Source of the DNA: Bacilli bacterium
GTDB lineage: Bacteria > Bacillota_I > Bacilli_A > RFN20 > CAG-826
Length of the DNA: 64,000 nucleotides
Assembly (NCBI GenBank): GCA_024695235.1
Contig: JAILIP010000002.1
Coordinates: forward strand, 7,093-71,092
Reading direction: 5' to 3'
This document shows, piece after piece, positions 38,164 to 48,664 of this stretch. A model generated the notes under the pieces. That model made no database searches and was not told where the DNA came from. It was given only the letters and a program-made list of their open reading frames with translations. Position 1 is the stretch's first letter; every line of letters begins with the position of its first letter. A program made the position numbers and the translations under genes.

Positions 38164-39105
38164 ATGGATAAGTCGTTTAAAGAAATCATCATCAAAGATA
38201 ACTTTTATCAATCATCTTCATTTTTTCCAATGCCATTAACTCTTATTGGCACTTTAAATGAAGATGGAACATTAACTAGCTACGGAGCATATTCGTTAAT
38301 ATTCCCATACTACATTGCTGGGAAAGATTATTACGCCATGGTGCTTGAATGTAGAAATACTTCAAACACTGCTAAAGGTTTACTTAGACATGGCAAATGT
38401 ACAATTAATTTTTTGCCATTTACTAAATCCAACTTTGCTCAACATGTTGATCTAGGTTTCCCTGGAGATACACCAGAAGAGAAAATGAAAAATTTCAAAT
38501 TCACATGTGTTGATAGTAAATCTCAAGAAGAACATCCTAATGAAAAATTTCCAAAGATGATCAAAGAAGCCCTTCAAGTATTTGAATGTACTTGGGTTAA
38601 AGAACTTGATGACGCTCAAAACGATAAAGTCTTAGAAGAATATGATGGACCATATCATAACTTCAACGGAATCACTTCTAAATATGGTGCTCATTTCATT
38701 CTTAAAATTGATCATATTTTGCTTCAAGAAAAATACTATGATTCCTTAGTCGATGGAGCGACACGCGCTAACTTCTGTCCACTTCCAACTAACTGGGGAT
38801 ACCGTGATAGTAAAGATTTCTGGTGCTCACCATCCAAAAAGCCTATCGCCATTGGCATTCCAAATCGTGAAGTTGATTTATCCTCACTTAGATATGCCGC
38901 TACTAGACTCAATACTGATGTTGAATTCACAGATGATGCTTTAAAAACAATTGTTAAAGTACCACGTCCATTCATCAAACTTGTTTTGCAAGGTTGTGTT
39001 AAATGGGCTAATGAAAACAATGTTAAAGTAATCACCGAAAAAGAAATGAAAATCATCGCTGATAAAAGAGCGAATGAAAAGAAAGCTAAAAAAGGAGCTA
39101 AATAA
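38164..39105 (+). CDS. flavin-reductase-like domain protein with C-terminal extension
   Basis: N-terminal FFPMPLTLIGTLNEDGTLTSYGAYS resembles the FMN-binding split-barrel flavin-reductase fold. Confidence 0.35.
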   Translation: MDKSFKEIIIKDNFYQSSSFFPMPLTLIGTLNEDGTLTSYGAYSLIFPYYIAGKDYYAMVLECRNTSNTAKGLLRHGKCTINFLPFTKSNFAQHVDLGFPGDTPEEKMKNFKFTCVDSKSQEEHPNEKFPKMIKEALQVFECTWVKELDDAQNDKVLEEYDGPYHNFNGITSKYGAHFILKIDHILLQEKYYDSLVDGATRANFCPLPTNWGYRDSKDFWCSPSKKPIAIGIPNREVDLSSLRYAATRLNTDVEFTDDALKTIVKVPRPFIKLVLQGCVKWANENNVKVITEKEMKIIADKRANEKKAKKGAK

Positions 39106-39106
39106 T

Positions 39107-39262
39107 ATGCACACCTATAAAGTGATTTTTGCAAAAGATGGTGAATTAATCACCGAACTTGTTATTGCAACAAGTGAAGAAGATGCAAAAGCAACAATTA
39201 AAAGAAATCATCCAGGTGTTGGCATTAAATCTGTCACATGCATGGATTTAAAAATTATTTAA
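39107..39262 (+). CDS. small hypothetical protein (about 51 aa)
   Basis: Short ORF between two genes; start placed after the stop of the upstream gene. Confidence 0.3.
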   Translation: MHTYKVIFAKDGELITELVIATSEEDAKATIKRNHPGVGIKSVTCMDLKII

Positions 39263-39263
39263 C

Positions 39264-39809
39264 ATGAATAAGAAAGTTCTTTTGATAATTACAATCGCTT
39301 TATATCTATTTATAGGTATTTTTGCATTGGTTCACAATAATACATCTTTTATTGGTGAGAAATATTTCATCGCAGGAATGATTACTGCTTCGATTCTCCC
39401 GTTAATTGCTGTTTATATAACACATGAATATTATCGAAATAGTTTTAAGATTCCATATCTAATTATTATCATTGCTGGTATCACTATTGGTGCATTATTT
39501 GCCTTATCAAATTCAATTGATTTAGTTGCAATGTTAATAACATGGGGAATATTTGATATTGTAAAAGCTTCTTATGAAATATTTGATGCTTCCTTTGAAA
39601 TCAAAGAAAACAAATTTGAAATCATGGAAATTGTAGCAGGTATCGGAGAAATCGCCTTTGGCATTCTCCTTATCATTCACCTGCATCACGGAATTAGCCA
39701 TCACCTCATTTATATGGGTGTTTCATTTATATTCATCGCGATTAAATACACGATCGATTTATTTATGCATCATCATCACGATGAGCATGAAGAAGAAAAA
39801 AACGCCTAA
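39264..39809 (+). CDS. membrane protein with His-rich C-terminus
   Basis: About 5 TM; HHHHDEHEEEK tail (possible metal binding). Confidence 0.45.
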   Translation: MNKKVLLIITIALYLFIGIFALVHNNTSFIGEKYFIAGMITASILPLIAVYITHEYYRNSFKIPYLIIIIAGITIGALFALSNSIDLVAMLITWGIFDIVKASYEIFDASFEIKENKFEIMEIVAGIGEIAFGILLIIHLHHGISHHLIYMGVSFIFIAIKYTIDLFMHHHHDEHEEEKNA

Positions 39810-39817
39810 TTGGCGTT

Positions 39818-41008
39818 TTATTTTTTCTCCATTACAAACTTCTGGAAGTTAAGCGCATCATCCACTTGTTTGAATCTTCCGAAGAAGAATTCGTCGCCCA
39901 TAGCATCTGCGATAGCCTTATCATAGTAGCCATGTTGGATAATGTTATCTTTAAATGATGAATATATCTCATCTAGTGAATGAACATAACTGAATCTATT
40001 CTTACGAGAGACAGATATCGAGATGAAATGTTCTTTGTTTAGATCAACATTTGTTTCGTTATATACGATTGTATCCGCGTATACATCGTAGTAGCTATCA
40101 TTTAAGGCAATTGATAATAGATCTGGAGTGTTTCCTCCTGGTGATCTCATATTAACTTCTAGACCGAGGATATCATCTTTCTTTCCTAAGCCAGGCTTAT
40201 CTTCTTTGAGTCTAAAGAATTCAATATGGAAACATCTTTTTCTCACCCCAAAGGACTTGATGACTGCTTCCCCAAGTTTACGGAGGTTATCACTCATCTC
40301 CATATTCGCATAGTAATAGTCATCAACATCTTGATTAACTACTTCTGCAACAGGAATTGGGAATATTTCATTGAATGATAAAACAACATTGCTTTCATCA
40401 TCACACACTCCATCAAATGTGGTGATTTCACCATTGATATATTCTTCCATGATGTATGGAACGTTTGATTTAGAATTGAAGAAATGAATTAAATCATCCT
40501 TATTGTTAATTTTGTATGTGCCACCTGCTCCAACTCCGTTATCTGGTTTAGCAAATGTTGGATAACCAACGCTTTCAATAAACTTCTCACATTCTTCAAG
40601 TGAATTAACAAGAGTGTATCTAGCGACTTTAACTCCTGCTTTGATGAAATATTCTTTCATCTTTGATTTATATTTGATTTTCTCCATTTCACTAGGATAA
40701 AAACCATTTGGAACGCGTTTATATTCTCTAAGGACAGAATCGTTCATGAGCCAAAACTCATTGTTTGATTCAACGTAGTCTAGTTGACCATATTTACCTT
40801 CTAAGTAATCAAGTGTATTCTTCATCCACTCAATATTTGCTAGATTAGTCACTCGACAATATTCACAAAGATGCGTTTTAAGTTCATCGTTGAGCTCATT
40901 ATATGGAGCGTCGCCAATACCTAAGACTCTCACACCTCTTTCAGTGAGTGATTTTACAAAGTGTGAATAAATCGTAGGAAAGTTTGGAGAAATAAATACA
41001 AAGTTCAT
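39818..41008 (-). CDS. ATP-grasp domain protein
   Basis: ATP-grasp-like architecture; glycine-rich GVGAGGTYKIN. Confidence 0.5.
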   Translation of the reverse strand: MNFVFISPNFPTIYSHFVKSLTERGVRVLGIGDAPYNELNDELKTHLCEYCRVTNLANIEWMKNTLDYLEGKYGQLDYVESNNEFWLMNDSVLREYKRVPNGFYPSEMEKIKYKSKMKEYFIKAGVKVARYTLVNSLEECEKFIESVGYPTFAKPDNGVGAGGTYKINNKDDLIHFFNSKSNVPYIMEEYINGEITTFDGVCDDESNVVLSFNEIFPIPVAEVVNQDVDDYYYANMEMSDNLRKLGEAVIKSFGVRKRCFHIEFFRLKEDKPGLGKKDDILGLEVNMRSPGGNTPDLLSIALNDSYYDVYADTIVYNETNVDLNKEHFISISVSRKNRFSYVHSLDEIYSSFKDNIIQHGYYDKAIADAMGDEFFFGRFKQVDDALNFQKFVMEKK

Positions 41009-41063
41009 AAGTCGTTAATATTATAAGACAAAATGTCTTTCTATCGTGTAAAATAATAGCATT

Positions 41064-42407
41064 ATGAAACCGTCATTCAAGGAACTGTTCACAAAAGTAT
41101 ATGTTTCATATCAAGGTATGGATCCTCATTTTGTGTACTATCTTGATGAAGATGATTACCAAATCAAAAGAATTGAGAAGAAACGCTTCTTAGATTTTGA
41201 ACGTAACTTCATGAGCAAAGACTTTAGAAAAGATGGTAATTCAGATGAAAATCTCATGATGAATCTTGCCTTATCAAATGGTAAATACATTCTTCCTAAA
41301 ACATTCTCTGATAAAGAGTTTGATGCTTACTATGAAGAATCTAATAAAGATGTTCCGCTTGAATCAATTAAGGACATGATTCTTACACGTATTATTCAAG
41401 TATGGTTGGACTTCCATAACCTATACACGATAGAAGCAGACGAAACGTATTACCAAGAAGTTTTCTATTTCTTAGCGATGGTGTTCAATGCTCATCTATT
41501 CGATTTCTTCCCAAAGAACAATATTCTTCATTATCAAGATGGTGAAGGACAAAACTTCTATTACGTATTCAATCGCAAAGACTTATCATTCACATTAACT
41601 GATAACTATCTTGGGTTATCAAATATGCAATGTATGATTTCCTCGCCGAATGCATTTGATAAGAATATCCTTAGAACACTTAGAAAGTCATTTGTTATTA
41701 CATTTAAAAAAGAAAACAGGTGCACGCAGGACACGATATCTTTATATGAAAAATATGAATCCAAGGATGTTGATTTCGGAGCGTTTGTCCCAAAGATAAC
41801 GTGCTATGAAGACGGTCTAATTACTGAAAATGGATTAAGAATGTCTCAAGCTCAAATCCTTGCATTAATGCTTTCTTCTTTAGTAACTCTTGTGAACACT
41901 CTTGTCGAACAAAAGATATATCCTGAACCAGGTAAATGTTATATCTACAAGAACAACTCTCATGAAGTAGGCATTGATCCAGATGTTGATCTAATTTCAA
42001 AATCACCATTTATTAATTTAATGCCATATCATCAAGCATGCTTTGGAGTTATTCAAAACAAAATAAATGCGGTGGAGCTTAAACTCCGCGTGATGTCATT
42101 TAAAAAGATATCCTCAAGAGCAAAAGCCGCCGTATATGAATGTTTAATTGTAAATCATGAAACAGGCGAATTACTTGAAAGAGTAGAAGTAAAAGCCAGT
42201 AAAACCACGATTAATGATTTAATGCAACAACTCATCGAATATGCATATCGTAATGGCTGGGCAGAAAGAACTATTGTTGATAGTCCGCTTGATTTTCATC
42301 TTGCTAATGTCCTCTCAGGAGGCAAGACAAGAATCGAATATGATGAATTACTTCAAATCAATAGATTAGATGAAGATGAGGATGATTCAGTAAATATCTC
42401 AGCATAA
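41064..42407 (+). CDS. hypothetical protein (447 aa)
   Basis: Long ORF, no recognisable motif. Confidence 0.45.
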   Translation: MKPSFKELFTKVYVSYQGMDPHFVYYLDEDDYQIKRIEKKRFLDFERNFMSKDFRKDGNSDENLMMNLALSNGKYILPKTFSDKEFDAYYEESNKDVPLESIKDMILTRIIQVWLDFHNLYTIEADETYYQEVFYFLAMVFNAHLFDFFPKNNILHYQDGEGQNFYYVFNRKDLSFTLTDNYLGLSNMQCMISSPNAFDKNILRTLRKSFVITFKKENRCTQDTISLYEKYESKDVDFGAFVPKITCYEDGLITENGLRMSQAQILALMLSSLVTLVNTLVEQKIYPEPGKCYIYKNNSHEVGIDPDVDLISKSPFINLMPYHQACFGVIQNKINAVELKLRVMSFKKISSRAKAAVYECLIVNHETGELLERVEVKASKTTINDLMQQLIEYAYRNGWAERTIVDSPLDFHLANVLSGGKTRIEYDELLQINRLDEDEDDSVNISA

Positions 42408-42412
42408 TAAAA

Positions 42413-42442
42413 GAGAACCTCGTGATTGAAGTTCTCTTTTTG
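42413..42442. terminator. bidirectional terminator
   Basis: agagaac-loop-gttctct hairpin followed by TTTTTG. Confidence 0.6.
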
Positions 42443-42444
42443 CT

Positions 42445-44439
42445 TTATTCAAGTTCGAATGCACCTGTATATAGTTGATAATATGTACCTTTTTCTTTGA
42501 TGAGATCATCATGAGTACCTCTTTCGATGATGACACCATTTTGAAGAACCATAATACAGTCTGAATTTTGAACAGTAGATAATCTATGTGCGATAACAAA
42601 GACGGTTCTACCTTCCATGAGTTTATATGTACCTTCTTGGACTAGCTTTTCAGTACGAGTATCAATGGAGGAAGTAGCTTCATCAAGAATCATAACTGGA
42701 GCATCTGCAACAGCTGCTCTAGCAATGGATAAGAGTTGTCTTTGACCTTGAGACAAGTTTGCTCCATCACTTGTGAGCATGGTATTGAAGCCTTCTGGAA
42801 GACGCATTATGAAATCATAGGCATTAGCAATCTTAGCTGCTTTATAAACTTCTTCATCAGTAGCGTCTAATCTACCATAACGGATATTTTCCATGACTGT
42901 TCCAGTGAACAAGTTAGTGTCTTGCAAAACAATACCAAGTGAACGACGTAAATCAGCTTTCTTAATCTTGTTGATATTAATTCCGTCGTAGCGAATCTTA
43001 CCATCTGCAATATCGTAGAATCTATTGATTAAATTAGTGATTGTTGTTTTACCAGCACCTGTTGCTCCAACAAAGGCAATCTTTTGTCCTGGATGTGCAT
43101 ATACATTAACGCCATGTAAAACAATTTTTTCTGGGACATATCCAAAGTCGACATTATCTAAGACAATATCACCTTTGAGTTCTTTATATTCAAGCGTGCC
43201 ATCATGGTGTTGATGTTTCCAAGCATAGTCATGAGTGTGTTCACTCGTCTCTTCAAATGTTCCGTCTTCATGACGTTTGATATTGCATAGATAAACGTAT
43301 CCATTATCTTCTTCTTTCTTTTCATCCATGAGATCAAAGCAACGTGAAGCACCTGCCATACCCATAACAATGAATGTGACGTGTTGAGAGAATTGAGAAA
43401 TGTTATTTGTAAACATTCTATTCATCATTAAGAAACCAACGATGGTGGAGTTGAATGCTGCAACATCTAAATGCATATCTACTAAACCTTTGACCATGGT
43501 GAGATTTCTAAATCCAGGAATAGCGAAGATTAAGAATCCAACAAAGGCAGTTAAAACATAAATGAAGTTACCAATATTACCATTGATTGGCATGGTGATA
43601 TTACCGGCAATATTAGCTTCTGTTGAGAATTCGCCAAGCTGATCGTTAAGTTTATCAAAGTCTTCACATGATTTTTCTTCATGGGTAAATACTTTGATAA
43701 CTTTAAGACCTTTGATTGACTCTTCGACATTTCCTTCAACTTTACCTAACGCGATTTGTTGTTTGATGAAGTATCTAGATGCACGGCCACCGATATATTT
43801 GGTATTAAGTACCATCATGAATGCACCAAACAAGACGACCAATGTCATCCAGACAGAGTTGATAAGCATAAGTGTTAATGCAAATAACACTGATAGACCA
43901 GTTCTTAAGAATTCTGGAAGTGATTGAGAAATAAATTGACGGATTGTATCAATATCGTTTGTGTATAACGACATGATGTCACCATGAGGATGTGAATCAA
44001 AATACTTGATTGGTAAATCTTCCATATGGTTAAACATTGCGATGCGGAAGTTATTCAAGTATTTTTGAGTGACAATCGCCATCGAACGATTCCACCACCA
44101 AGCAGCGAATACACCAAGTACGTAGATGGAACCCATCATAACGAGTAATACTGGAATATTTGTGTTAATGGTGAAACTGTTTCCCATAACATTTGTTTCG
44201 TATGTTCTAGACCAATCAAAAGCATTGTAGGCTCCGCCGTTTTCAATAACACCTTTGGTAAGAACACCAGCAATCAAGCTTGCAAATACTGATGAACAGA
44301 GGTTTGCAAAGACGTTAAAGGCAATACAAATAGCAGCAATTGTTAGTCTAACTGGGAATTGCTTAAATAGAGCTTTGATCAAACGTTTCATTGTGCCTTT
44401 TTTTGCACGACTACGTTCTTTTATTCTTACTGGAGGCAT
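42445..44439 (-). CDS. ABC transporter permease/ATP-binding protein (type I exporter half-transporter)
   Basis: 6-TM domain plus NBD with Walker A GATGAGKTT, signature LSQGQRQ, Walker B ILDEATS. Confidence 0.85.
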   Translation of the reverse strand: MPPVRIKERSRAKKGTMKRLIKALFKQFPVRLTIAAICIAFNVFANLCSSVFASLIAGVLTKGVIENGGAYNAFDWSRTYETNVMGNSFTINTNIPVLLVMMGSIYVLGVFAAWWWNRSMAIVTQKYLNNFRIAMFNHMEDLPIKYFDSHPHGDIMSLYTNDIDTIRQFISQSLPEFLRTGLSVLFALTLMLINSVWMTLVVLFGAFMMVLNTKYIGGRASRYFIKQQIALGKVEGNVEESIKGLKVIKVFTHEEKSCEDFDKLNDQLGEFSTEANIAGNITMPINGNIGNFIYVLTAFVGFLIFAIPGFRNLTMVKGLVDMHLDVAAFNSTIVGFLMMNRMFTNNISQFSQHVTFIVMGMAGASRCFDLMDEKKEEDNGYVYLCNIKRHEDGTFEETSEHTHDYAWKHQHHDGTLEYKELKGDIVLDNVDFGYVPEKIVLHGVNVYAHPGQKIAFVGATGAGKTTITNLINRFYDIADGKIRYDGININKIKKADLRRSLGIVLQDTNLFTGTVMENIRYGRLDATDEEVYKAAKIANAYDFIMRLPEGFNTMLTSDGANLSQGQRQLLSIARAAVADAPVMILDEATSSIDTRTEKLVQEGTYKLMEGRTVFVIAHRLSTVQNSDCIMVLQNGVIIERGTHDDLIKEKGTYYQLYTGAFELE

Positions 44440-46310
44440 TATTGTTCACCTCCTACTCTATTTTGGGTGTAGTAGACTTCTTGATAAATAGCGTTATTCT
44501 TTAGTAACTCTTCATGAGTACCAATAGCATTTATCTTTCCATCATCTACGACGATGATTTGATCGGCGTCTTCAATAGAAGATATACGTTGAGCGATGAC
44601 AATCTTTGTGACATCAGGAATATCTTCTTTAAGACCTTTTCTAATTAATCTATCTGTCTTGGTATCAACAGCAGAGGTTGAGTCATCAAGAATTAAAATC
44701 TTTGGATGTTTTAAAATTGCACGAGCAATACAAAGTCTTTGCTTTTGACCACCAGAGACGTTTGCACCACCTTGTTCAATATGTGTATTTAAACCATCTT
44801 TAAGTTGGTTAACAAATTCACTTGCTTGAGCAATATCAAGTGCTCTTCTCATCTCTTCTTCGGTAGCGTTTAAATCACCCCATCTGAGGTTATCAGCAAT
44901 TGTGCCCGAGAAAAGAACGTTCTTTTGAAGGACTACTGAAACATTATCTCTAAGGGTTTTGAGATCATATTCTTTAACATTAACTCCTCCAACAAGAACT
45001 TCACCTTCACTTACATCGTAAAGTCTTGAGATAAGATTGATGATACTGGTCTTACCACTTCCGGTTGAACCAAGAATTCCGACAAATTGACCACTCTTGA
45101 TGTGGATATCAATATTGGAAAGTGTATCTTTTTCAGCATCTTCTTTATAACGGAAGTTGACTCCGGAGAAATCAACTGAACCATCAATCACCTCAAATAA
45201 TGGGAATTCTGGATTTTCAATTGTAGGTTCTTCTTCAAGAACTTCACCGATACGGCGAATAGCTTCAAGAGACATTGTGAGCATAACCATGATCATTGAA
45301 ATCATCATGATGTTCATCAAGATTTGAATGCCATATGTTAATAATGCGGACATTTGTCCAATTGATAGAACGTTATTGATGACAACAATATTACCTTCCT
45401 CATTAACCATAGTGGTGGAATATTTGCCAATAATATATGCAGCGATTGAAACAACTGCGATATTTGAAATATGAATAGTCGTGTTCATCAAAGGCGTATT
45501 CAATGCGACTATCTTTTCAGCCTTAATGAAGTCTTTGCTCATATTTGTAGAAGCAGTATTGAATTTTTCTTTTTCGAAGTCTTCACGAACATAAGCTTTA
45601 ACAACACGAATACCAGTTACGTTTTCTTGCACTGATTGATTAAGTGCGTCGTAACGTTTGAAAACACGTGTGAATATTCTCATGGCAAATTTAACAATGA
45701 AGAATAATCCAATTCCTAATATTGGAATAAGACCAATGAATAACCATGCGACTTGTCCACCTGCAACAAATGCCATAACAGCAGAGAAGATCATCATAAG
45801 TGGTGCTCTTACAACGATGCGAATCATCATTTGAAACGCCATTTGTACAGAACTAACATCTGTAGTTAATCTTGTAACTAATGATGAAGTTGAAAATTTA
45901 TCAATATTAGCAAAGCTGAATGATTGAATCTTTTTATAAATGTCACTTCTTAGATTTGTGGCAAGTCCAACACTTGCTTTCGCACCATATCTTCCGCCCA
46001 AAATACCACTAAGTAGTGAAAGCATCGCCATAACTACCATGGTGATAATTAAAACTAATAAACTCACCATAAACGGAATTCTTGCGTGATCATAGAAGGT
46101 TGTTATATCTTCAAATGAATTGACCTTAATTGCCAAATCAAGAAAGATTGACATTACAAAAGGAAGAGCACTTTCTAGTAGTGCTTCAAAAACCATAAAA
46201 ATAGGTGTGATAATAGCATATCTTTTGTATTGTCTTAGCGAACCAAGAATCAATTTAATCTTATGTTTCACGCCTATCTCCTTCTTATCATTTGATATTA
46301 TTTTTGCCAT
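44439..46310 (-). CDS. ABC transporter permease/ATP-binding protein (heterodimer partner)
   Basis: GSTGSGKTS, VSGGQKQRLCIARA, ILILDDSTSAVD; 1-nt overlap with the partner gene. Confidence 0.85.
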   Translation of the reverse strand: MAKIISNDKKEIGVKHKIKLILGSLRQYKRYAIITPIFMVFEALLESALPFVMSIFLDLAIKVNSFEDITTFYDHARIPFMVSLLVLIITMVVMAMLSLLSGILGGRYGAKASVGLATNLRSDIYKKIQSFSFANIDKFSTSSLVTRLTTDVSSVQMAFQMMIRIVVRAPLMMIFSAVMAFVAGGQVAWLFIGLIPILGIGLFFIVKFAMRIFTRVFKRYDALNQSVQENVTGIRVVKAYVREDFEKEKFNTASTNMSKDFIKAEKIVALNTPLMNTTIHISNIAVVSIAAYIIGKYSTTMVNEEGNIVVINNVLSIGQMSALLTYGIQILMNIMMISMIMVMLTMSLEAIRRIGEVLEEEPTIENPEFPLFEVIDGSVDFSGVNFRYKEDAEKDTLSNIDIHIKSGQFVGILGSTGSGKTSIINLISRLYDVSEGEVLVGGVNVKEYDLKTLRDNVSVVLQKNVLFSGTIADNLRWGDLNATEEEMRRALDIAQASEFVNQLKDGLNTHIEQGGANVSGGQKQRLCIARAILKHPKILILDDSTSAVDTKTDRLIRKGLKEDIPDVTKIVIAQRISSIEDADQIIVVDDGKINAIGTHEELLKNNAIYQEVYYTQNRVGGEQ

Positions 46311-46463
46311 CTCTTAGATGGTGGTTGTTAATGAATATAATAAATCAGGATTGAAATTATTCAAGTTAAGAAATGAAAAAAACACAAAAAAGCCTACATA
46401 AAAACGATATATGTTAAATTCAGAATGATATATCATTTAATTAGTGTGTTTGTTAAAATAACA

Positions 46464-46600
46464 ATGTCAGAGGTAGAGAATCAGTACACGACCACGGCGC
46501 ATTCCCCCAGGAATGGATGCAGCGTTCCAGAATGGTAACTGCTCTGGCTGACATTAAGATAGGGGGATAGACGTATCTCTCTTTTCTTTTTATTTTTTGT
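46464..46600 (+). promoter_or_regulatory. structured RNA element (riboswitch-like or sRNA) upstream of the flavodiiron gene
   Basis: 8-bp closing stem AATGTCAG/CTGACATT (46463-70 with 46548-55) enclosing at least two hairpins (CATTCC-ccca-GGAATG; GCAG..CTGC), then GATAgacgTATC + T-run; TAAAAT -10 about 7 nt upstream. Confidence 0.4.
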
Positions 46601-46624
46601 TATTATAAATAACGAGGTATTTTT

Positions 46625-47782
46625 ATGTTGAAAGTTGGAAATGAAATTTATTATGTTGGCGCTTCAAGCCACGATGTTGATCTTTTTGAATCACACTTTG
46701 TCGTACCTAATGGTATGGCATATAACTCCTATATCATCATGGATGAAAAGATTGCTATCTTAGATTCTTGTGATGTAATTGTTCAAAAAGAATGGCTCAA
46801 GAATGTTAAAGAAGTTTTAGGAAATAGAAAACCTGATTACTTAATCATTCAACATATGGAGCCAGATCATTCTGCATCCTTAGTGGAACTCATTAAGTTA
46901 TATCCAGATGTTACAGTTGTAGCAGGGGAGATGGCATTTAATATGTTCCATAACTACTTTAGGGGTGTCGAATTAAAAAACAAATTAGTGTTATCTGAAG
47001 GACAAGAACTTTCACTTGGAAAACATGTCTTAAAATTCTTCTCTGCACCTATGGTGCACTGGCCAGAAGTTTTCGTCACATATGATATGAGTGAAAAAGC
47101 TTTATTCTCTGCTGATGCGTTTGGAAAATTTGGTGCGTTTGACTTTGAAGAAGATTGGGCATGTGAAGCACGTAGATACTATTTCGGTATTGTTGGAAAA
47201 TATGGTCTACAAGTTCAAATGCTTTTAAGAAAACTTTCAGGGGCAGAACTTAAAGCAATCTATCCACTTCATGGACCAATTTTAAAAGAAAATCTATCTT
47301 ATTATCTTGGCTTATATGACAAATGGTCTAAATATGAGCCAGAAGCTGATGGAGTGTTCATTGCCTATACTTCAGTATATGGTCACACCAAAGCAGTCGT
47401 TGAAGAAATCGCTGAAAAACTTAAAGCAAAAGGCTGCCCAAAAGTATCCACAATGGATATTGCTAGAGAAGACATTTGGGAAGCCGTCGAAGATTCATTT
47501 AAATATGGCAAAGTTATCTTTGCAACAACGACATACAATATGTCAATTTTCCCATATATGAACGAACTTCTTACTGCTTTAGTAGAACGTAACTATCAAA
47601 ATAGAAGAGTCGGCTTTGTTCAAAATGGTAGTTGGGCTCCTGTAAGTGGTAAACTCATGAAAGAAAAACTCGCTGGTTGTAAGAACCTTGAATTTGTTGA
47701 ACCAATGGTCCAACTAGTTTCTTCTAAATCAGAAGCTAACGAAAAAGAAATAGATGCATTAGTAGATGCAATGCTTAAGTAA
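46625..47782 (+). CDS. flavodiiron protein (FprA-type: metallo-beta-lactamase-like + flavodoxin domains)
   Basis: IYYVGA...NSYII, HMEPDH di-iron motif, C-terminal flavodoxin (VFIAYTSVYGHTKAV). Confidence 0.8.
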   Translation: MLKVGNEIYYVGASSHDVDLFESHFVVPNGMAYNSYIIMDEKIAILDSCDVIVQKEWLKNVKEVLGNRKPDYLIIQHMEPDHSASLVELIKLYPDVTVVAGEMAFNMFHNYFRGVELKNKLVLSEGQELSLGKHVLKFFSAPMVHWPEVFVTYDMSEKALFSADAFGKFGAFDFEEDWACEARRYYFGIVGKYGLQVQMLLRKLSGAELKAIYPLHGPILKENLSYYLGLYDKWSKYEPEADGVFIAYTSVYGHTKAVVEEIAEKLKAKGCPKVSTMDIAREDIWEAVEDSFKYGKVIFATTTYNMSIFPYMNELLTALVERNYQNRRVGFVQNGSWAPVSGKLMKEKLAGCKNLEFVEPMVQLVSSKSEANEKEIDALVDAMLK

Positions 47783-48655
47783 ATGATAAAAGGTCTCATC
47801 ATTGTTAACGGATATATGCTTGCTCATGGAACTGAGCATCAACTTTCACGTTTGAAAGAAGAATTTTCAAAAAGAAATGTTGCTATTGACGTTAAGAAAA
47901 ACAATGAAGTTTTGACCTATATTCAAGATGGCGAAATCAAGACAAAATTACCATCTTATGACTTTGTTATATATCTTGATAAAGACAAGTTCATTGCAAG
48001 GATGCTTGAGAAGCTTGGTTATCGTCTTTTTAACTCTGCTGAATCAATTGAATTTTGCGATGATAAAATGCTCACTCATATTGAGTTAGCAAACCATAAT
48101 ATCAATATGCCTTTAACCATCTCATCTACACTTTGTTATCACGATGATGGCAATAGAGATTTATTGAAGATTGTTGAAGAAAAACTCTCATATCCATTAA
48201 TCGTTAAAGAAGACTATGGTTCACTAGGAAAACAAGTGTATCTTGTTAATAATCATGATGAACTAGTTGAAACAGAGAATAGATTGATTCACGTTCCACA
48301 CATATTCCAAGAATTCGTCTCCTCATCTAGAGGTATTGATTATCGCCTCATTGTTATTGGTGGGGAAGTTATTGCTCACATGAAGCGTGAGAATAAACAC
48401 TCATATTTATCTAACTTAGCATGTGGGGGAAAAGCTTCTGTTTGTGATCTTCCAAATGAATATTTTGAAGTCGCTAAAAAGGCTGCTAAAATTCTTAAAT
48501 TAGATTACTGCGGTGTAGATCTCCTTCAAGGTAAAAATGGTGAACCAATCATTTCAGAGGTTAATTCAAACGCTTTCTATGAGGGTATTGAAAAGACCAC
48601 AAAAGTCAATGTCGCTGGAGCGTATGTTGACTACATCTTATCAAAGATAAAATAA
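47783..48655 (+). CDS. ATP-grasp protein (RimK-like)
   Basis: YPLIVKEDYGSLGKQVYLV, RimK-type ATP-grasp core. Confidence 0.55.
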   Translation: MIKGLIIVNGYMLAHGTEHQLSRLKEEFSKRNVAIDVKKNNEVLTYIQDGEIKTKLPSYDFVIYLDKDKFIARMLEKLGYRLFNSAESIEFCDDKMLTHIELANHNINMPLTISSTLCYHDDGNRDLLKIVEEKLSYPLIVKEDYGSLGKQVYLVNNHDELVETENRLIHVPHIFQEFVSSSRGIDYRLIVIGGEVIAHMKRENKHSYLSNLACGGKASVCDLPNEYFEVAKKAAKILKLDYCGVDLLQGKNGEPIISEVNSNAFYEGIEKTTKVNVAGAYVDYILSKIK

Positions 48656-48664
48656 GGATTTATT

